64,000 nucleotides of DNA from an uncultured Actinomycetes bacterium (GCA_963704885.1 CAVPIB010000001.1:256001-320000); one strand, 5' to 3'; shown: positions 21,008 to 30,971, counted from the first letter of the stretch. The notes: generated from the sequence alone by a model not told the origin. Program-made: numbers and translations.

Positions 21008-22245
21008 CTTGGCGGCCAGCTACCGTCGCCAGGGTGCATGGTTCGAAGCATGGGGATGTCGCACGCGTCACGGATCCGCTCGTCTGGATCCGGGTGGGAG
21101 GATACCCCGCAGACGTGACCCGAGGGTATCTGGCGACTCGTACTCGTGCACACCGGAAAGGCGCTGCAGGTTGGCGAAAGCATGGCGACGATGAGTCCTC
21201 TTGCCACGGGACGATGGAGAACATGAGGCGGCAACCCCCATCCGCCTACGGTCTGGTTGCGTTCTTCCTTGTTCTGTTGCCCAGCCTCTCGATCACCGTT
21301 GCGCTCCTGGCTCCTCCTACGCTCGCATGGCTGTTCCGGAGGAGATCGGCCGGGACACCGAGACTGAGCGACGCGGACCATCACAACGTCCGCGTCCTCG
21401 GAGTGCCGTAGAACTCGCCGATCCGACGCGCGCGGTCGGCTAGAGGCGAGGCGCCGCTGTCGCCGCCTCGGTCCGCGATCTCCACCGGGGTCAGCGATAG
21501 ATGCGATCTGAGCGAAGCGTGACCCTCTCTGACCCGGTGAGCTTGGTCGTAGCCGCGGAGCCTCTCGGCTTCGTCGAAGTGACACACCGCGGTGACGACG
21601 AGCTCGGACGAAGGATGTTCAGAGATAGCCAACGCGGCCGTCCGAACCCCGATGCTCATCGCGTAAGAGCGACCGTTGATAGGGGCGTCCTCAGCCCGGT
21701 GTCGGCTGCCCTGCACGCGCTTCAGATTCCTGGGGCCGAACGGACGCGGGGGTCCACACTCGCCACCCTAGGGTTTGCACTGTTGGGTGAAGGAGGCTGC
21801 GCCATGCCGCGTCGCGTCGGGAAGGCTTCGTTCAATGCCCGGGGGCGGATATGATCTCGCCACCGGGCCGGGAAGCGTTCGAGCTCCGGCGGCAAGCCAC
21901 GGCCGAGCCCGCGACGGTGCTGGCGACAGTCGAGCGACATGCCGAGCACTACGATGGCAACGGTGCACGAGGCAGGTCGTGCGGCAGGCGAGGAGGGCCA
22001 CACGCGAGACGGCCACGCGACGGCCACGCGGGCGTCGTTCGGCGCACGAGGCGCACCGAAGGCTTGCGTCACCGCGATGGTTCCGGCGATCGGGGCGATC
22101 AACGAGCCGAGGAGCACGGTCAGATCCCCGAACGGTCGCGAGTTCGTGCGACGCCTTCCCCCGAGACTGAGCGTGTCAGAGTTGAGGTGTCCGGTGAAGC
22201 GGGTCAAGCTCAGGACCATATCCATCGAGGCATCAGGGGGATCGC

Positions 22246-23859
22246 ATGAGCAGGTCGGATCGATACGACGTGATCGTCGTTGGTGCGGGGCACAACGGTC
22301 TTGTTTGCGGCGCGAGGCTAGCGAAGGCGGGGTTGCGTACGCTGATCCTCGAGCGCCGGTCGATCGTCGGCGGCGCCTGTGTCACCGAGGAGTTGTGGCC
22401 GGGCTTCCACGTTTCCACGACCTCCTACGTGCTGAGCATGTTCCCGGACAAGATCGTGCGCGAACTGCACCTCGACCGGTTCGGCTTCGAGCTGATCCCA
22501 ACCGACCAGCTCTTCGTCCCGTTCGAGGACGGTCGGGCGATGACCCTGTGGAACGACCAGCGCGAGACCTGTAAGGAGATCGCGAAGTTCTCCGAGAAGG
22601 ACGCGGCCGCCTACCCCGACTACGCCGCCTTCCTCGGGCGCGCCGCCGACTTCGTTCGCGACATCGTCTGGAAGCCCGCGCCGGGCAAGATGGGGCCGCG
22701 CGCGCTCCGCGACGCCGGCTGGGTGGCGTGGCGGTTGAAGAAGATGGGGCGCGAAGCGTTCGGATTCGTCGACCTGATGACGCAGTCGATCTACGACTTC
22801 CTCGGGAGATGGTTCGAGTCCGATCAGATCATCGCGACCCTCGGATACATGGGCTCGATCGGCACCTTCAAGGGACCCAAGACGCCGGGGAGTGCGTACG
22901 TCCTGCTGCACCACAACATCTCAGAGCACGAGGGCGCGGGCGGATGGGGCTACGTACGCGGGGGGATGGGCGGCCTCACGCAGGCGCTCAAGCGCTGCGC
23001 CGAGAGCTACGGAGCGACCGTACTGACGGACTCGGAGACCGCACAGGTCGACATCCGCGACGGGCGCGCGGTTGGGGTCACTCTGATGAACGGCGATGTC
23101 TACCTTGCCGGACAGGTCGTGTCCAACGCCGACCCCAAGACCACTTACCTTCGCCTGATCGGACGCGAGCACCTCGACCACGGCGTCGTTCGGGACGTCG
23201 AGTCCTTCGACACGTACTCGACCGCTTTCAAGATCAACTTCGCGCTCGACGGGCTGCCCGACTACACGGCGTGGAACCCATCGTGGGGCCCGGCTCCCGG
23301 CTACGTGCACATCGGCCCATCGGTCGAGTACCTCGAGAAGGCTTACGACGACGCGAAGTACGGCCGACCTTCGGAGTGGCCGTGGACCTCGCCGGTCATC
23401 CCGACGATGGCCGACACGACGCTCGCTCCGGAGGGGAAGCACATCATGACCTGCTTCGGGGGCCACGCACCGTACACGCTCGCGGACGGCGAGTGGACCG
23501 ACGATAAGCGCGAGAAGTTCGCCGACCGCGTCGTCGAGGCGATCGCTAGGTTCGCCCCCGGCCTTCAGGACCACATCATCGAGCGGCAGATCCTGGTGCC
23601 CCCGGACCTGGAACGGATCTACGCCCTTCCTCAGGGGCACATCTTCCACGGGGAGCTGTCGCTGGATCAGCTGTACCTCTTGCGTCCCGTTCCCGGCTAC
23701 GCGGACTACCGGACGCCGATCAAGGACCTGTACATGTGTGGCTCGGGCGTGCACCCGGGCGGCGGGGTGTTCGGCGTTCCCGGTTACAAGGCGGCGGATG
23801 AGATGCTGCGCGACCGGAAGATGGCCAGGTTGACCTCGAAGCTGCGAGGTTCGCGCTGA
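22246..23859 (+). CDS. Phytoene dehydrogenase-like NAD(P)/FAD oxidoreductase, paralog 2
   Basis: VVGAGHNGL, VGGACVTEELWPGF, GGMGGLT, GHIFHGELSLDQL..RP.PG.ADYRTPI, HPGGGV. Confidence 0.92.
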   Translation: MSRSDRYDVIVVGAGHNGLVCGARLAKAGLRTLILERRSIVGGACVTEELWPGFHVSTTSYVLSMFPDKIVRELHLDRFGFELIPTDQLFVPFEDGRAMTLWNDQRETCKEIAKFSEKDAAAYPDYAAFLGRAADFVRDIVWKPAPGKMGPRALRDAGWVAWRLKKMGREAFGFVDLMTQSIYDFLGRWFESDQIIATLGYMGSIGTFKGPKTPGSAYVLLHHNISEHEGAGGWGYVRGGMGGLTQALKRCAESYGATVLTDSETAQVDIRDGRAVGVTLMNGDVYLAGQVVSNADPKTTYLRLIGREHLDHGVVRDVESFDTYSTAFKINFALDGLPDYTAWNPSWGPAPGYVHIGPSVEYLEKAYDDAKYGRPSEWPWTSPVIPTMADTTLAPEGKHIMTCFGGHAPYTLADGEWTDDKREKFADRVVEAIARFAPGLQDHIIERQILVPPDLERIYALPQGHIFHGELSLDQLYLLRPVPGYADYRTPIKDLYMCGSGVHPGGGVFGVPGYKAADEMLRDRKMARLTSKLRGSR

Positions 23860-23895
23860 GCCTCCGAATGGGGTCCCTGTAAGGTCGAGACCGAC

Positions 23896-25125
23896 ATGCG
23901 GCCCAGGACGACCACCGCCCTGTATCAGACCGTCGCGCGGGTCTGGCTCACGCTCGCCGGACTCAGCCTCTTGTTACCACCGGCGCGTCGAGCGGGCATC
24001 TGGTTGCCGCTCCACCTGGCTCTGGCCGGCGCCGTGGCAACCGCCATATCCGGTGCGATGCAGAACTTCATGCTGTCGCTCACCTCCACTCCTGATCCTC
24101 CTGCCTGGACGACTTGGACTCAACTGGGACTGGTTATCGCCGGTGCGGGACTGATCGCCGTCGGGACGCCGACCTCGACGCCTTGGTTGGTAGGTCTGGG
24201 GGGCGCATCGTTCGTTGGAGCGATGGCGGTCCTTGGGTGGATGCTGCGGCGCGCGTGGCGGATGGCGTTGAACAAGCGGCACCCCTTCCCGATGGCCACG
24301 TACGGCGTGGCCGTGCTCATCGCACTGATCGGCGGGACGCTCGGAGCGCTGATGGGGAGCCGATCCGTCTCCGGGGAGACCTACCTGCACTTCAGGAGGG
24401 CCCACATGACCCTCAACGTTCTCGGTTTCGCGTCGCTCACGGTGGTAGGCACGCTCGTGACGCTGCTTCCCACGGCGTTGCGCGTTCGCATGCCTCGATG
24501 GAAGGGGTGGGCCGCGCTCATGCTCTTCACGGGAGGCCTGCTCCTCCAACTCCTGGGGTGGGACTTGGCATCGACCCCGCTCCTGGCGGCAGGTGGTATC
24601 GCATACGCTGCCGGAGCGCTCGGAGTCGTGTGGCTGGTGTTCTCGGTCTTGCGCATGGAACGCAAGTGGAAGGTGCCGCTCGCTGCGATGCACATGATGG
24701 CGGCGGCGGCATGGTTCGTGTCCGGGTCCCTCGCATTCTCCTGGGCGCTGATGCACGGTCCCGAAGGGTTCGACGCCTTCCGCTCGAACTTCCTGATCGC
24801 GTTCGTCGGTGGTTGGCTCGTGCAGATACTGCTCGGCGCTTGGGCATACCTACTGCCCATGGCGCGCCCTGGACATCCGGATGCGCGCCGCAGATCGCTA
24901 GCGGTGTTCGAGATGGCGGCTCCGGTTCAGCTGGCCGTCCTGAACGTTGGGCTTGCCCTGATGGCTGTAAGGGCGGCCGGCATGGCTGGGCCGGGCGTCG
25001 GCGAGATCGGGGTGGTCCTCGCGTTCGCCGGCGCCAGCGTGGCGCTGGTGAAGGCATGGCTGTTCCCGGTGCTGAGCCTCGGCCCCGTGGACACCGAGCG
25101 CGCACGCGCCGTCTGGGGCGGCTGA
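23896..25125 (+). CDS. Polytopic membrane protein with TM histidines, NirK-associated/NnrS-like
   Basis: About 12 hydrophobic segments; WLPLHLALAG and AHMTLNVLGF..LTVVGTLVTLLPT motifs; convergent with nirK. Confidence 0.6.
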   Translation: MRPRTTTALYQTVARVWLTLAGLSLLLPPARRAGIWLPLHLALAGAVATAISGAMQNFMLSLTSTPDPPAWTTWTQLGLVIAGAGLIAVGTPTSTPWLVGLGGASFVGAMAVLGWMLRRAWRMALNKRHPFPMATYGVAVLIALIGGTLGALMGSRSVSGETYLHFRRAHMTLNVLGFASLTVVGTLVTLLPTALRVRMPRWKGWAALMLFTGGLLLQLLGWDLASTPLLAAGGIAYAAGALGVVWLVFSVLRMERKWKVPLAAMHMMAAAAWFVSGSLAFSWALMHGPEGFDAFRSNFLIAFVGGWLVQILLGAWAYLLPMARPGHPDARRRSLAVFEMAAPVQLAVLNVGLALMAVRAAGMAGPGVGEIGVVLAFAGASVALVKAWLFPVLSLGPVDTERARAVWGG

Positions 25126-25148
25126 CTCCAGGCTCCGACGACGCCGAT

Positions 25149-26579
25149 CTACTCCACCGTGAGCGTTCCGATCATGGTCGTCGGGTGCACGTCGCAGCGG
25201 AAGAAGTAGGAGCCGGCATCCAGCGCTGGGATCTCGTTCGTGATCGTGTCCGGGCCGGTGATGATCTCCCCGGTGAAGAGCGCGGTCGTGGCAGTGTCGT
25301 CGGTGTAGATCGAGAAGTTGTGTGGGATCCCGGCATCCATGTTGTCCAAGAGCACGGTGAATGGGGTGCCGGCAGGAGCGCTCAGTGAATCCGTATCGAA
25401 CACGTTGTTCATGGCCATGATGCTTAGCTCGGCTCCCGCCGTGCCTCCGCCATCCGAGGGGCTGGGTTCAGCGGTAGGCGTCGGACTGGGGATGGGCGTC
25501 GGGCTCGGGGCGCCGCCGCCCGAGAACGCGGTCACGCCCGCGGTGAACGGATCGCCCAGCGTCGGGTAAGACTCGGGTGCGGCCGGAGCGTCCGGGTCCA
25601 CCTGGATCAATCCCACGGCTCCCAGGCCCGTGTACGCGAACGAGTGCGTGACGAAGGGGTACAACCCCGCATCGGGGATCTGGAGCTCGAACATCGCACC
25701 GCCCCCCGGAGGGACGTTCCAGGTCTGTATCCCGTACAGGGCGTTCGCCGGGTTCCCGTCGGGATAGGTCTCTGGGAAAAGGGTTCCGATCACATGGAAC
25801 GCGTTCGTTAACGTCGGCCCCGCGTTCACGACCCAGATGCGGAATCGCTCGTCGGGCTTCACCTGGAGCGGTGCGGCGAGGTACTGGTTCGCCTTGCCGT
25901 TGAACACGACGTACTCCGGATCCACGGCGAGCATCCGATCCAGGTCCCCCTCGAACACGCCGTCGAAGGGCTTGGCACCGGGGTACAGCTCGCTCGAGAC
26001 CAGGACGAACTCACGCTCCGCCGGCAGGTCGCTGGGCTCGACGATGATCGCGCCGTACATCCCATTGGCGATGTGCTGGAGCACCGGCGGAACGCCGCAG
26101 TGATAGAGGAAGGCGCCGGGGTACAGCGCTACGAAGTCGAAGGTCTTCGTCTCGCCAGGGTCGACGGGCTGGTAGTTGCCTTCCAGCGTGGCCCCTTCCT
26201 CGGTGGGGAGGTCGGCCCACGGTGTCAATGCGGCGTGGAAGTCGATCGAATGCTGCATACCGATCGAGCTGTCGTTCGTCAGGGTGAAACGGATCGTGTC
26301 GCCCAGCTGGACCCGGACGACCGGGCCGGGAGTGGTTCCGTTGAACGTCCAGGCGTGATAGGTCACTCCGTCCGCGATCTCCTGCGTGGTCTCCTCGGCG
26401 ACGAGATCAACGTTCACGACCGTGCCGTTGGGCTCGTCCACCCGGTAATCGGCGGGCTCGGCCGATGGGGCGGTCCCTCCGTCTGATCCGTCGCGGTTCG
26501 CGAGCGGCGCGATCCACGTGAGTCCGATGATCAATGAGCCCAGCAGGAACACGACACCCACAGCCAAGATCTTCCTCAC
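25149..26579 (-). CDS. nirK: Copper-containing nitrite reductase (NirK-type) with N-terminal anchor and C-terminal cupredoxin domain
   Basis: WTFNGTTPGP, HSIDFH, YHC..P.LQH...GMYG, FHVIG, YPFVTH; Pro/Thr linker; then PHNF...FRCDVHPTTM type-1 Cu site. Confidence 0.85.
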   Translation of the reverse strand: MRKILAVGVVFLLGSLIIGLTWIAPLANRDGSDGGTAPSAEPADYRVDEPNGTVVNVDLVAEETTQEIADGVTYHAWTFNGTTPGPVVRVQLGDTIRFTLTNDSSIGMQHSIDFHAALTPWADLPTEEGATLEGNYQPVDPGETKTFDFVALYPGAFLYHCGVPPVLQHIANGMYGAIIVEPSDLPAEREFVLVSSELYPGAKPFDGVFEGDLDRMLAVDPEYVVFNGKANQYLAAPLQVKPDERFRIWVVNAGPTLTNAFHVIGTLFPETYPDGNPANALYGIQTWNVPPGGGAMFELQIPDAGLYPFVTHSFAYTGLGAVGLIQVDPDAPAAPESYPTLGDPFTAGVTAFSGGGAPSPTPIPSPTPTAEPSPSDGGGTAGAELSIMAMNNVFDTDSLSAPAGTPFTVLLDNMDAGIPHNFSIYTDDTATTALFTGEIITGPDTITNEIPALDAGSYFFRCDVHPTTMIGTLTVE

Positions 26580-26624
26580 GGACAGCTCCTTCTTCCCAGA
26601 TCGATCGCCGCTCGCAGACGCTGG

Positions 26625-26652
26625 ATTATCCCTGGATGCTCGGGGGAGTCAA
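26625..26652 (-). promoter_or_regulatory. Sigma70-type promoter for nirK
   Basis: Minus strand TTGACT-N16-GATAAT, followed by AAGGAG RBS and the GTG start at 26579. Confidence 0.55.
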
Positions 26653-26679
26653 CGGACCAACATGGTCCGAAGGGCTCGC

Positions 26680-27144
26680 TCAAGATAGGAAGAACTTGGC
26701 GGGCAGCCCACCGAGCACGAGCGTCATGGCCTGGGCGAACGTCGTGACCGCCGCCGCCCCGATGCCGGCCATCACGATGCGGCGTGCGACCCATCGCTCC
26801 GGGTGCATGCGAACCGCCAAGCCGGAAAGCGGCACGATCACCACGGCCAGGACGACGACTCCCCCTAGGAAGACACGGGCGACCCATCCGCCGGGCTGCC
26901 CGGCCGCGAGAACGATCGTCCGCATGGCGGGATACGCCAACAGGAACGAGAGCCACGCCACTCCGAACGCCAGCATCCCGAGCGCCGGCTCCGATCCGTC
27001 GCCGCCTCGGGGCCGGCGGATCGCGCGAACGCCTAACACGGCGGCCGCGGGCAGCGTGGCGCACATGGAGACGAACCCGAGAGCGGCAAGGACCACCGCC
27101 CAGGTCGCCTCGCGTTCCACGAAAGGTCGGAGCCTGCGGGCCAC
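26680..27144 (-). CDS. Hypothetical membrane protein (4 TM)
   Basis: Four hydrophobic segments; co-oriented with neighbours. Confidence 0.55.
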   Translation of the reverse strand: MARRLRPFVEREATWAVVLAALGFVSMCATLPAAAVLGVRAIRRPRGGDGSEPALGMLAFGVAWLSFLLAYPAMRTIVLAAGQPGGWVARVFLGGVVVLAVVIVPLSGLAVRMHPERWVARRIVMAGIGAAAVTTFAQAMTLVLGGLPAKFFLS

Positions 27145-27228
27145 GGCGCCACCGTACCGGCTGCCGGGGATGTACGGAACGGGAAGGCAAGGATGTGCAA
27201 CGTCAGGCGGGAACGCCCTCCACCGGGC

Positions 27229-27867
27229 CTATCGGCGCCACATGTCGACGTCGGCGACCGGGGCCAGCGCGCCGGACGGCTCTGCGGTGGCGCGGGGGAT
27301 TCCAGCTCGGGAGTCCCGGTGGACGGCTCTGGCGTCTCGCGCCAACGCGAAGACCACGATCCCCACGGCGAGGAGCCACGTGACGATCCCCGCCGCGCGG
27401 ACGTTCGCGGCCAGCCGGTCGGCCAGATAGAGCTTGTCGTAGTGCTCGGGTCCCAGGATGCGCGACCAGTCACCCAGCCCGTCGGGCGCGCCCAGCAGCA
27501 AGAGCTCGCCGCGGGGCGCGTCGTAGATGTATCGCGCCGCGTCGCACATGGCGTTCGCCGACCAGGCCCAGCAGACACCCCAAGCGATCAGGTTCCTCTT
27601 CCACACCGCGAACACGACCCCAAGCACCAACGGGAACAGGACCTGGAACCCGGAGCCCATGATCAACATGATCAGCTCGCCGAACCCCGAGAACAGCTTG
27701 TGTCCCACCTCGTGCACGGCGACGTCCAAGAACTCGAGCACAGGCGTCTCCGAGTCGCGGACGATGGCGAACCACCCGTAGAACGAGCAAACCGCGAGCG
27801 CACCGACCGCCTTCCAGATGTTCAGTCGTCGCTGGATGTCCTCGGGAAGCTGGACAGTCTCGGCCAT
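27229..27867 (-). CDS. Membrane protein with HExxH motif (M50-like metallopeptidase)
   Basis: VHEVGH within a hydrophobic context; GSGFQ, YIYDA and GDW motifs. Confidence 0.7.
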   Translation of the reverse strand: MAETVQLPEDIQRRLNIWKAVGALAVCSFYGWFAIVRDSETPVLEFLDVAVHEVGHKLFSGFGELIMLIMGSGFQVLFPLVLGVVFAVWKRNLIAWGVCWAWSANAMCDAARYIYDAPRGELLLLGAPDGLGDWSRILGPEHYDKLYLADRLAANVRAAGIVTWLLAVGIVVFALARDARAVHRDSRAGIPRATAEPSGALAPVADVDMWRR

Positions 27868-27914
27868 GCATCATGTATCGGACGTCCGTCAGACCGACGT
27901 GAGGGCCCGCGCGT

Positions 27915-28439
27915 TCAGCGGCGGGGACGGAGGGCAGCGGCCACGAACCAGCCCACGCCCAGGTAGACGCAGAGGTCCCCAACGCTCACGATCGCGTTCA
28001 CCGGCGCGGGGATCCCGATCGAGTCGGCCAGCGGGAGCAGCACGGATCCGTCGTCCGCAAGGTGATGCTTCGCTCCACCGCTGGCGCGGAGCTCCGTCTC
28101 TGCCGCCGTCGCCGCCTGATCCGATCCGGAGAGCGCCGCCCGAGTCACGGGCATCCCGTGGTTCGCGACGATCACCACCGCGTTCAGCATCAACCCCGTC
28201 AGGATGAGGATGAAGCCCGGCGAGCGCAGGTTGATGAACGCGAACGAGAGCAGCAGGGCCAAGGACCCCACGAGCGCAGCGAACGCCCAGCGATCAGCGA
28301 TCGGCGCGAACTGCAGACCGAGGCCGATCACCGCGAGCGGCCACCACCGGAGCGTGACCGTCGGGAACGACCGGATGCTCCCGCCGGCAAGCAGGCCGAT
28401 GACCACACCGGCGACCGCGACGATGAGGATCGGACTCAC
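27915..28439 (-). CDS. DUF5317 family membrane protein (copy 1)
   Basis: GLLAGGS...LRWWPL..LQF; GLMLNAVVIVANHGMPV; GGAKHH; LADSI..SVGD. GTGA overlap with the larC stop; clear paralog of 59773..60318. Confidence 0.82.
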   Translation of the reverse strand: MSPILIVAVAGVVIGLLAGGSIRSFPTVTLRWWPLAVIGLGLQFAPIADRWAFAALVGSLALLLSFAFINLRSPGFILILTGLMLNAVVIVANHGMPVTRAALSGSDQAATAAETELRASGGAKHHLADDGSVLLPLADSIGIPAPVNAIVSVGDLCVYLGVGWFVAAALRPRR

Positions 28440-29629
28440 TCGTCGAGCGCCTCTCGCGCCAGACGGGTGGCCTCCTCGTACACGTCGCGAGCGGGGATCC
28501 CGGCGTCCCTGGCGATCTGCGCGCAATCCTCGAACTCGGGCGCGACCGTTACCGCCTGGCCTGCTAGGAGTCCGATCTTCACGCGCACCGTGCCGTGATG
28601 CGTGGTGACCTCGATCCACTCGCGTTCCAGCGTCCGTTTGTCGACGGACGACATCCGGATCCCAAGCGTCCCCGTCTCGCGGAACAGGACCTGTCGGATC
28701 GCCTCCTGCCTCTGCGGCGAAGCCAAGACGCTGATCATGACCGCCGGCCGTCCCTTCTTCATCACGATCGGGGTGAGCCACGCATCCTGCGCCCCTGCGT
28801 CGAAGAGCCGCTCCAACACGTAGCCGTAGAGCTCGGGGTTCAGATCGTCGACGTTCGTTTCGAAGACCAGTTCGGTGCCGACCGGCGCGTCGGTCGCGGT
28901 GGAGATGGCATCCCGGTCCTCCTCGCCGATCAGGACGCGCAACACGTTGGGGAAGTCCAGTCGCGCGCTCCCCGCTCCGTACCCGACATGCTCGATGCGC
29001 ATCGGCGGCAGTTCGCCGAAACCCTCCACGATCGACGCCAGGATCGCGGCGCCGGTGGGCGTGACCAGCTCGACCGACACGCCGCGCGAGTACATCGGCG
29101 CGCCTCGCAGCAACTCGACCACGGCGGGCGCAGGTATCGGCAGCGAGCCATGCTCCGTCTTCACCATGCCGAACCCCGTCGGGACGGCCGAGGAGAACAC
29201 TCGCTCGACGCCGAGCGACGAGAGCGCGAGCGCCGTCCCTACGATGTCCACGATTGAGTCGACTGCGCCCACCTCGTGGAACGTGACCTGTTCGAGCTCC
29301 TTACGGTGGATCATGGCCTCGGCTTCGGCCAACCGTCGGAAGATGCGCTGCGCCATCCCCTTGGCGTTGAGCGGCATCTCGGCCTGATCCAGCAGCGAAC
29401 GGATGCTGGCGTACGTTCGGATGAGACCCAGTGACGATGTGTGCACGTGCACCTTGGTCGCGCGCAAGCCGCCCGAGTCCACCTCCTCGACATCCAGTTC
29501 GAACGGTTCCAGCGGCAGGCCGGCGAGGCCTTTGCGGATGGGCTCCAGGTCGGCGCCGGCGTCGATCAAGGCACCCAGGGCCATGTCGCCCGAGATACCT
29601 GCGATGCAGTCGAAGTAGAGGATCTTCAT
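28436..29629 (-). CDS. larC: Nickel pincer cofactor biosynthesis protein LarC
   Basis: YFDCIAGISGDMALGALID, FHEVGAVDSIVD, ELVTPTGAA, ETNVDD, MKKGRP, PEFEDC. Confidence 0.95.
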   Translation of the reverse strand: MKILYFDCIAGISGDMALGALIDAGADLEPIRKGLAGLPLEPFELDVEEVDSGGLRATKVHVHTSSLGLIRTYASIRSLLDQAEMPLNAKGMAQRIFRRLAEAEAMIHRKELEQVTFHEVGAVDSIVDIVGTALALSSLGVERVFSSAVPTGFGMVKTEHGSLPIPAPAVVELLRGAPMYSRGVSVELVTPTGAAILASIVEGFGELPPMRIEHVGYGAGSARLDFPNVLRVLIGEEDRDAISTATDAPVGTELVFETNVDDLNPELYGYVLERLFDAGAQDAWLTPIVMKKGRPAVMISVLASPQRQEAIRQVLFRETGTLGIRMSSVDKRTLEREWIEVTTHHGTVRVKIGLLAGQAVTVAPEFEDCAQIARDAGIPARDVYEEATRLAREALDE

Positions 29630-30405
29630 GCTTCAGCGACCCTAGGTGCAGAGCGGACGACGCGAAGGGCCACCTGGGCGGCCCCGAAGCCGTTGTCGAT
29701 GTTGACGACCGCCACGCCCGGGGCGCACGACGACAACATGGTGAGCAGCGCCGAGAGACCCTCGAACGAGGCTCCGTATCCGACGCTCGTCGGTACGGCC
29801 ACGATCGGCGTCGAGGTGAGCCCTGCCACCACCGAGGGGAGCGCGCCCTCCATGCCGGCCACGACGATGACGCAGTCCATGCGCTCCAGGGTCGCGCGGT
29901 GCTCGAGGATCCGGTGGACGCCCGCGACGCCCACGTCGGTGATGCGCTCGACGCGGACCCCGGCGCTCTCCGCGGTTATCGCGGCCTCATCGGCGACCGG
30001 GAGGTCGGATGTTCCCGCGGCCACGACCGCGATCACTGCTTCGATCTTCACGTCGGCGGTCTTCACTACGACCAGGCCGGCGCTCTCGTGGTATCGCGCG
30101 CCGGGCACGGCCTGTATCGCCGCCGAGGCCTGCTCAGGCGTGGCGCGGGTAACCAGCACCGCGCCGGTGGCGCGGGCCGCGAGCGCCACCGCGATGGCGC
30201 GGACCTGCTCGGGGGTCTTGCCCGGTCCGTAGACGGCCTCGGGATGGCCGGTGCGCAATTCACGGTGATGGTCCACCCTGGCGTCGGTCACGGCTTCGTA
30301 CGGGAGCGTGCGCAGGACCTCGACGGCGTCGGCCACCGGTGTCGTGCCGGATGCCACGTCGTCCAGCAGCCGAGCCAGCGTTCGTTCGTCCACGAGGGGG
30401 CTCAT
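29626..30405 (-). CDS. larB: Nickel pincer cofactor biosynthesis protein LarB
   Basis: DHHRELRTG.PE.VYGPGK, AGTSDLPVA, DVGVAG.HR, AGMEGALPSV, VPTSVGYG, VVNIDNGFGA. Confidence 0.95.
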   Translation of the reverse strand: MSPLVDERTLARLLDDVASGTTPVADAVEVLRTLPYEAVTDARVDHHRELRTGHPEAVYGPGKTPEQVRAIAVALAARATGAVLVTRATPEQASAAIQAVPGARYHESAGLVVVKTADVKIEAVIAVVAAGTSDLPVADEAAITAESAGVRVERITDVGVAGVHRILEHRATLERMDCVIVVAGMEGALPSVVAGLTSTPIVAVPTSVGYGASFEGLSALLTMLSSCAPGVAVVNIDNGFGAAQVALRVVRSAPRVAEA

Positions 30406-30473
30406 CGTATACTCAGGAGCCTTCACCGAAAACCGCAGGTAGATGGCCGTTTCGCCGTTCCCGGGGGAGCCCG

Positions 30474-30971
30474 TTGACCTTCTCGGATCGCACGCTCACG
30501 CTGTTGGTGTTGATCGCGCTCGGCCTGGGCGTGCTCGCGGTCCTGTTCGCGGCCCTGGGTGGGGGGCGACGGGGCAGACGGGAGCCCGGCGGTCCGATCC
30601 GATTGGACGACGCGCTGCGCGGCATCCTGGACGGACAGGCTAGGAAGATCGACCGGCTGGAACAAGCGGTGCGCACACTGAACAAGACCGACAAGCGTCA
30701 GCAAGTTCTGATCGACGGAAGCGTCCAGAACGTGGGCCTCCTGCGGTACGACGCGTTCGAGGACGTGGGTGGACGCCTATCGTTCTCCTGCGCCATGCTC
30801 GATGACGAAGGAAGTGGCGTGGTGCTGACGTCTATCAACGGCCGACAGGAAACCCGCGTGTACGCCAAGCCGATCGCGGAAGGCCGGAGTTCCTACAACC
30901 TCTCCTCCGAGGAGGAGGAGGCGATCCGGCAGGCGCTCGCCGCGCCCGCGGAGGCGGTGGAGGCACGATGA
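30474..30971 (+). CDS. DUF4446 family protein
   Basis: N-terminal TM; VGLLRYDAFEDVGGRLSFS..LD...G.VLTSI.GR...RVYAKPI..G.S...LS.EE; TTG start after GGGGAG. Confidence 0.88.
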   Translation: MTFSDRTLTLLVLIALGLGVLAVLFAALGGGRRGRREPGGPIRLDDALRGILDGQARKIDRLEQAVRTLNKTDKRQQVLIDGSVQNVGLLRYDAFEDVGGRLSFSCAMLDDEGSGVVLTSINGRQETRVYAKPIAEGRSSYNLSSEEEEAIRQALAAPAEAVEAR

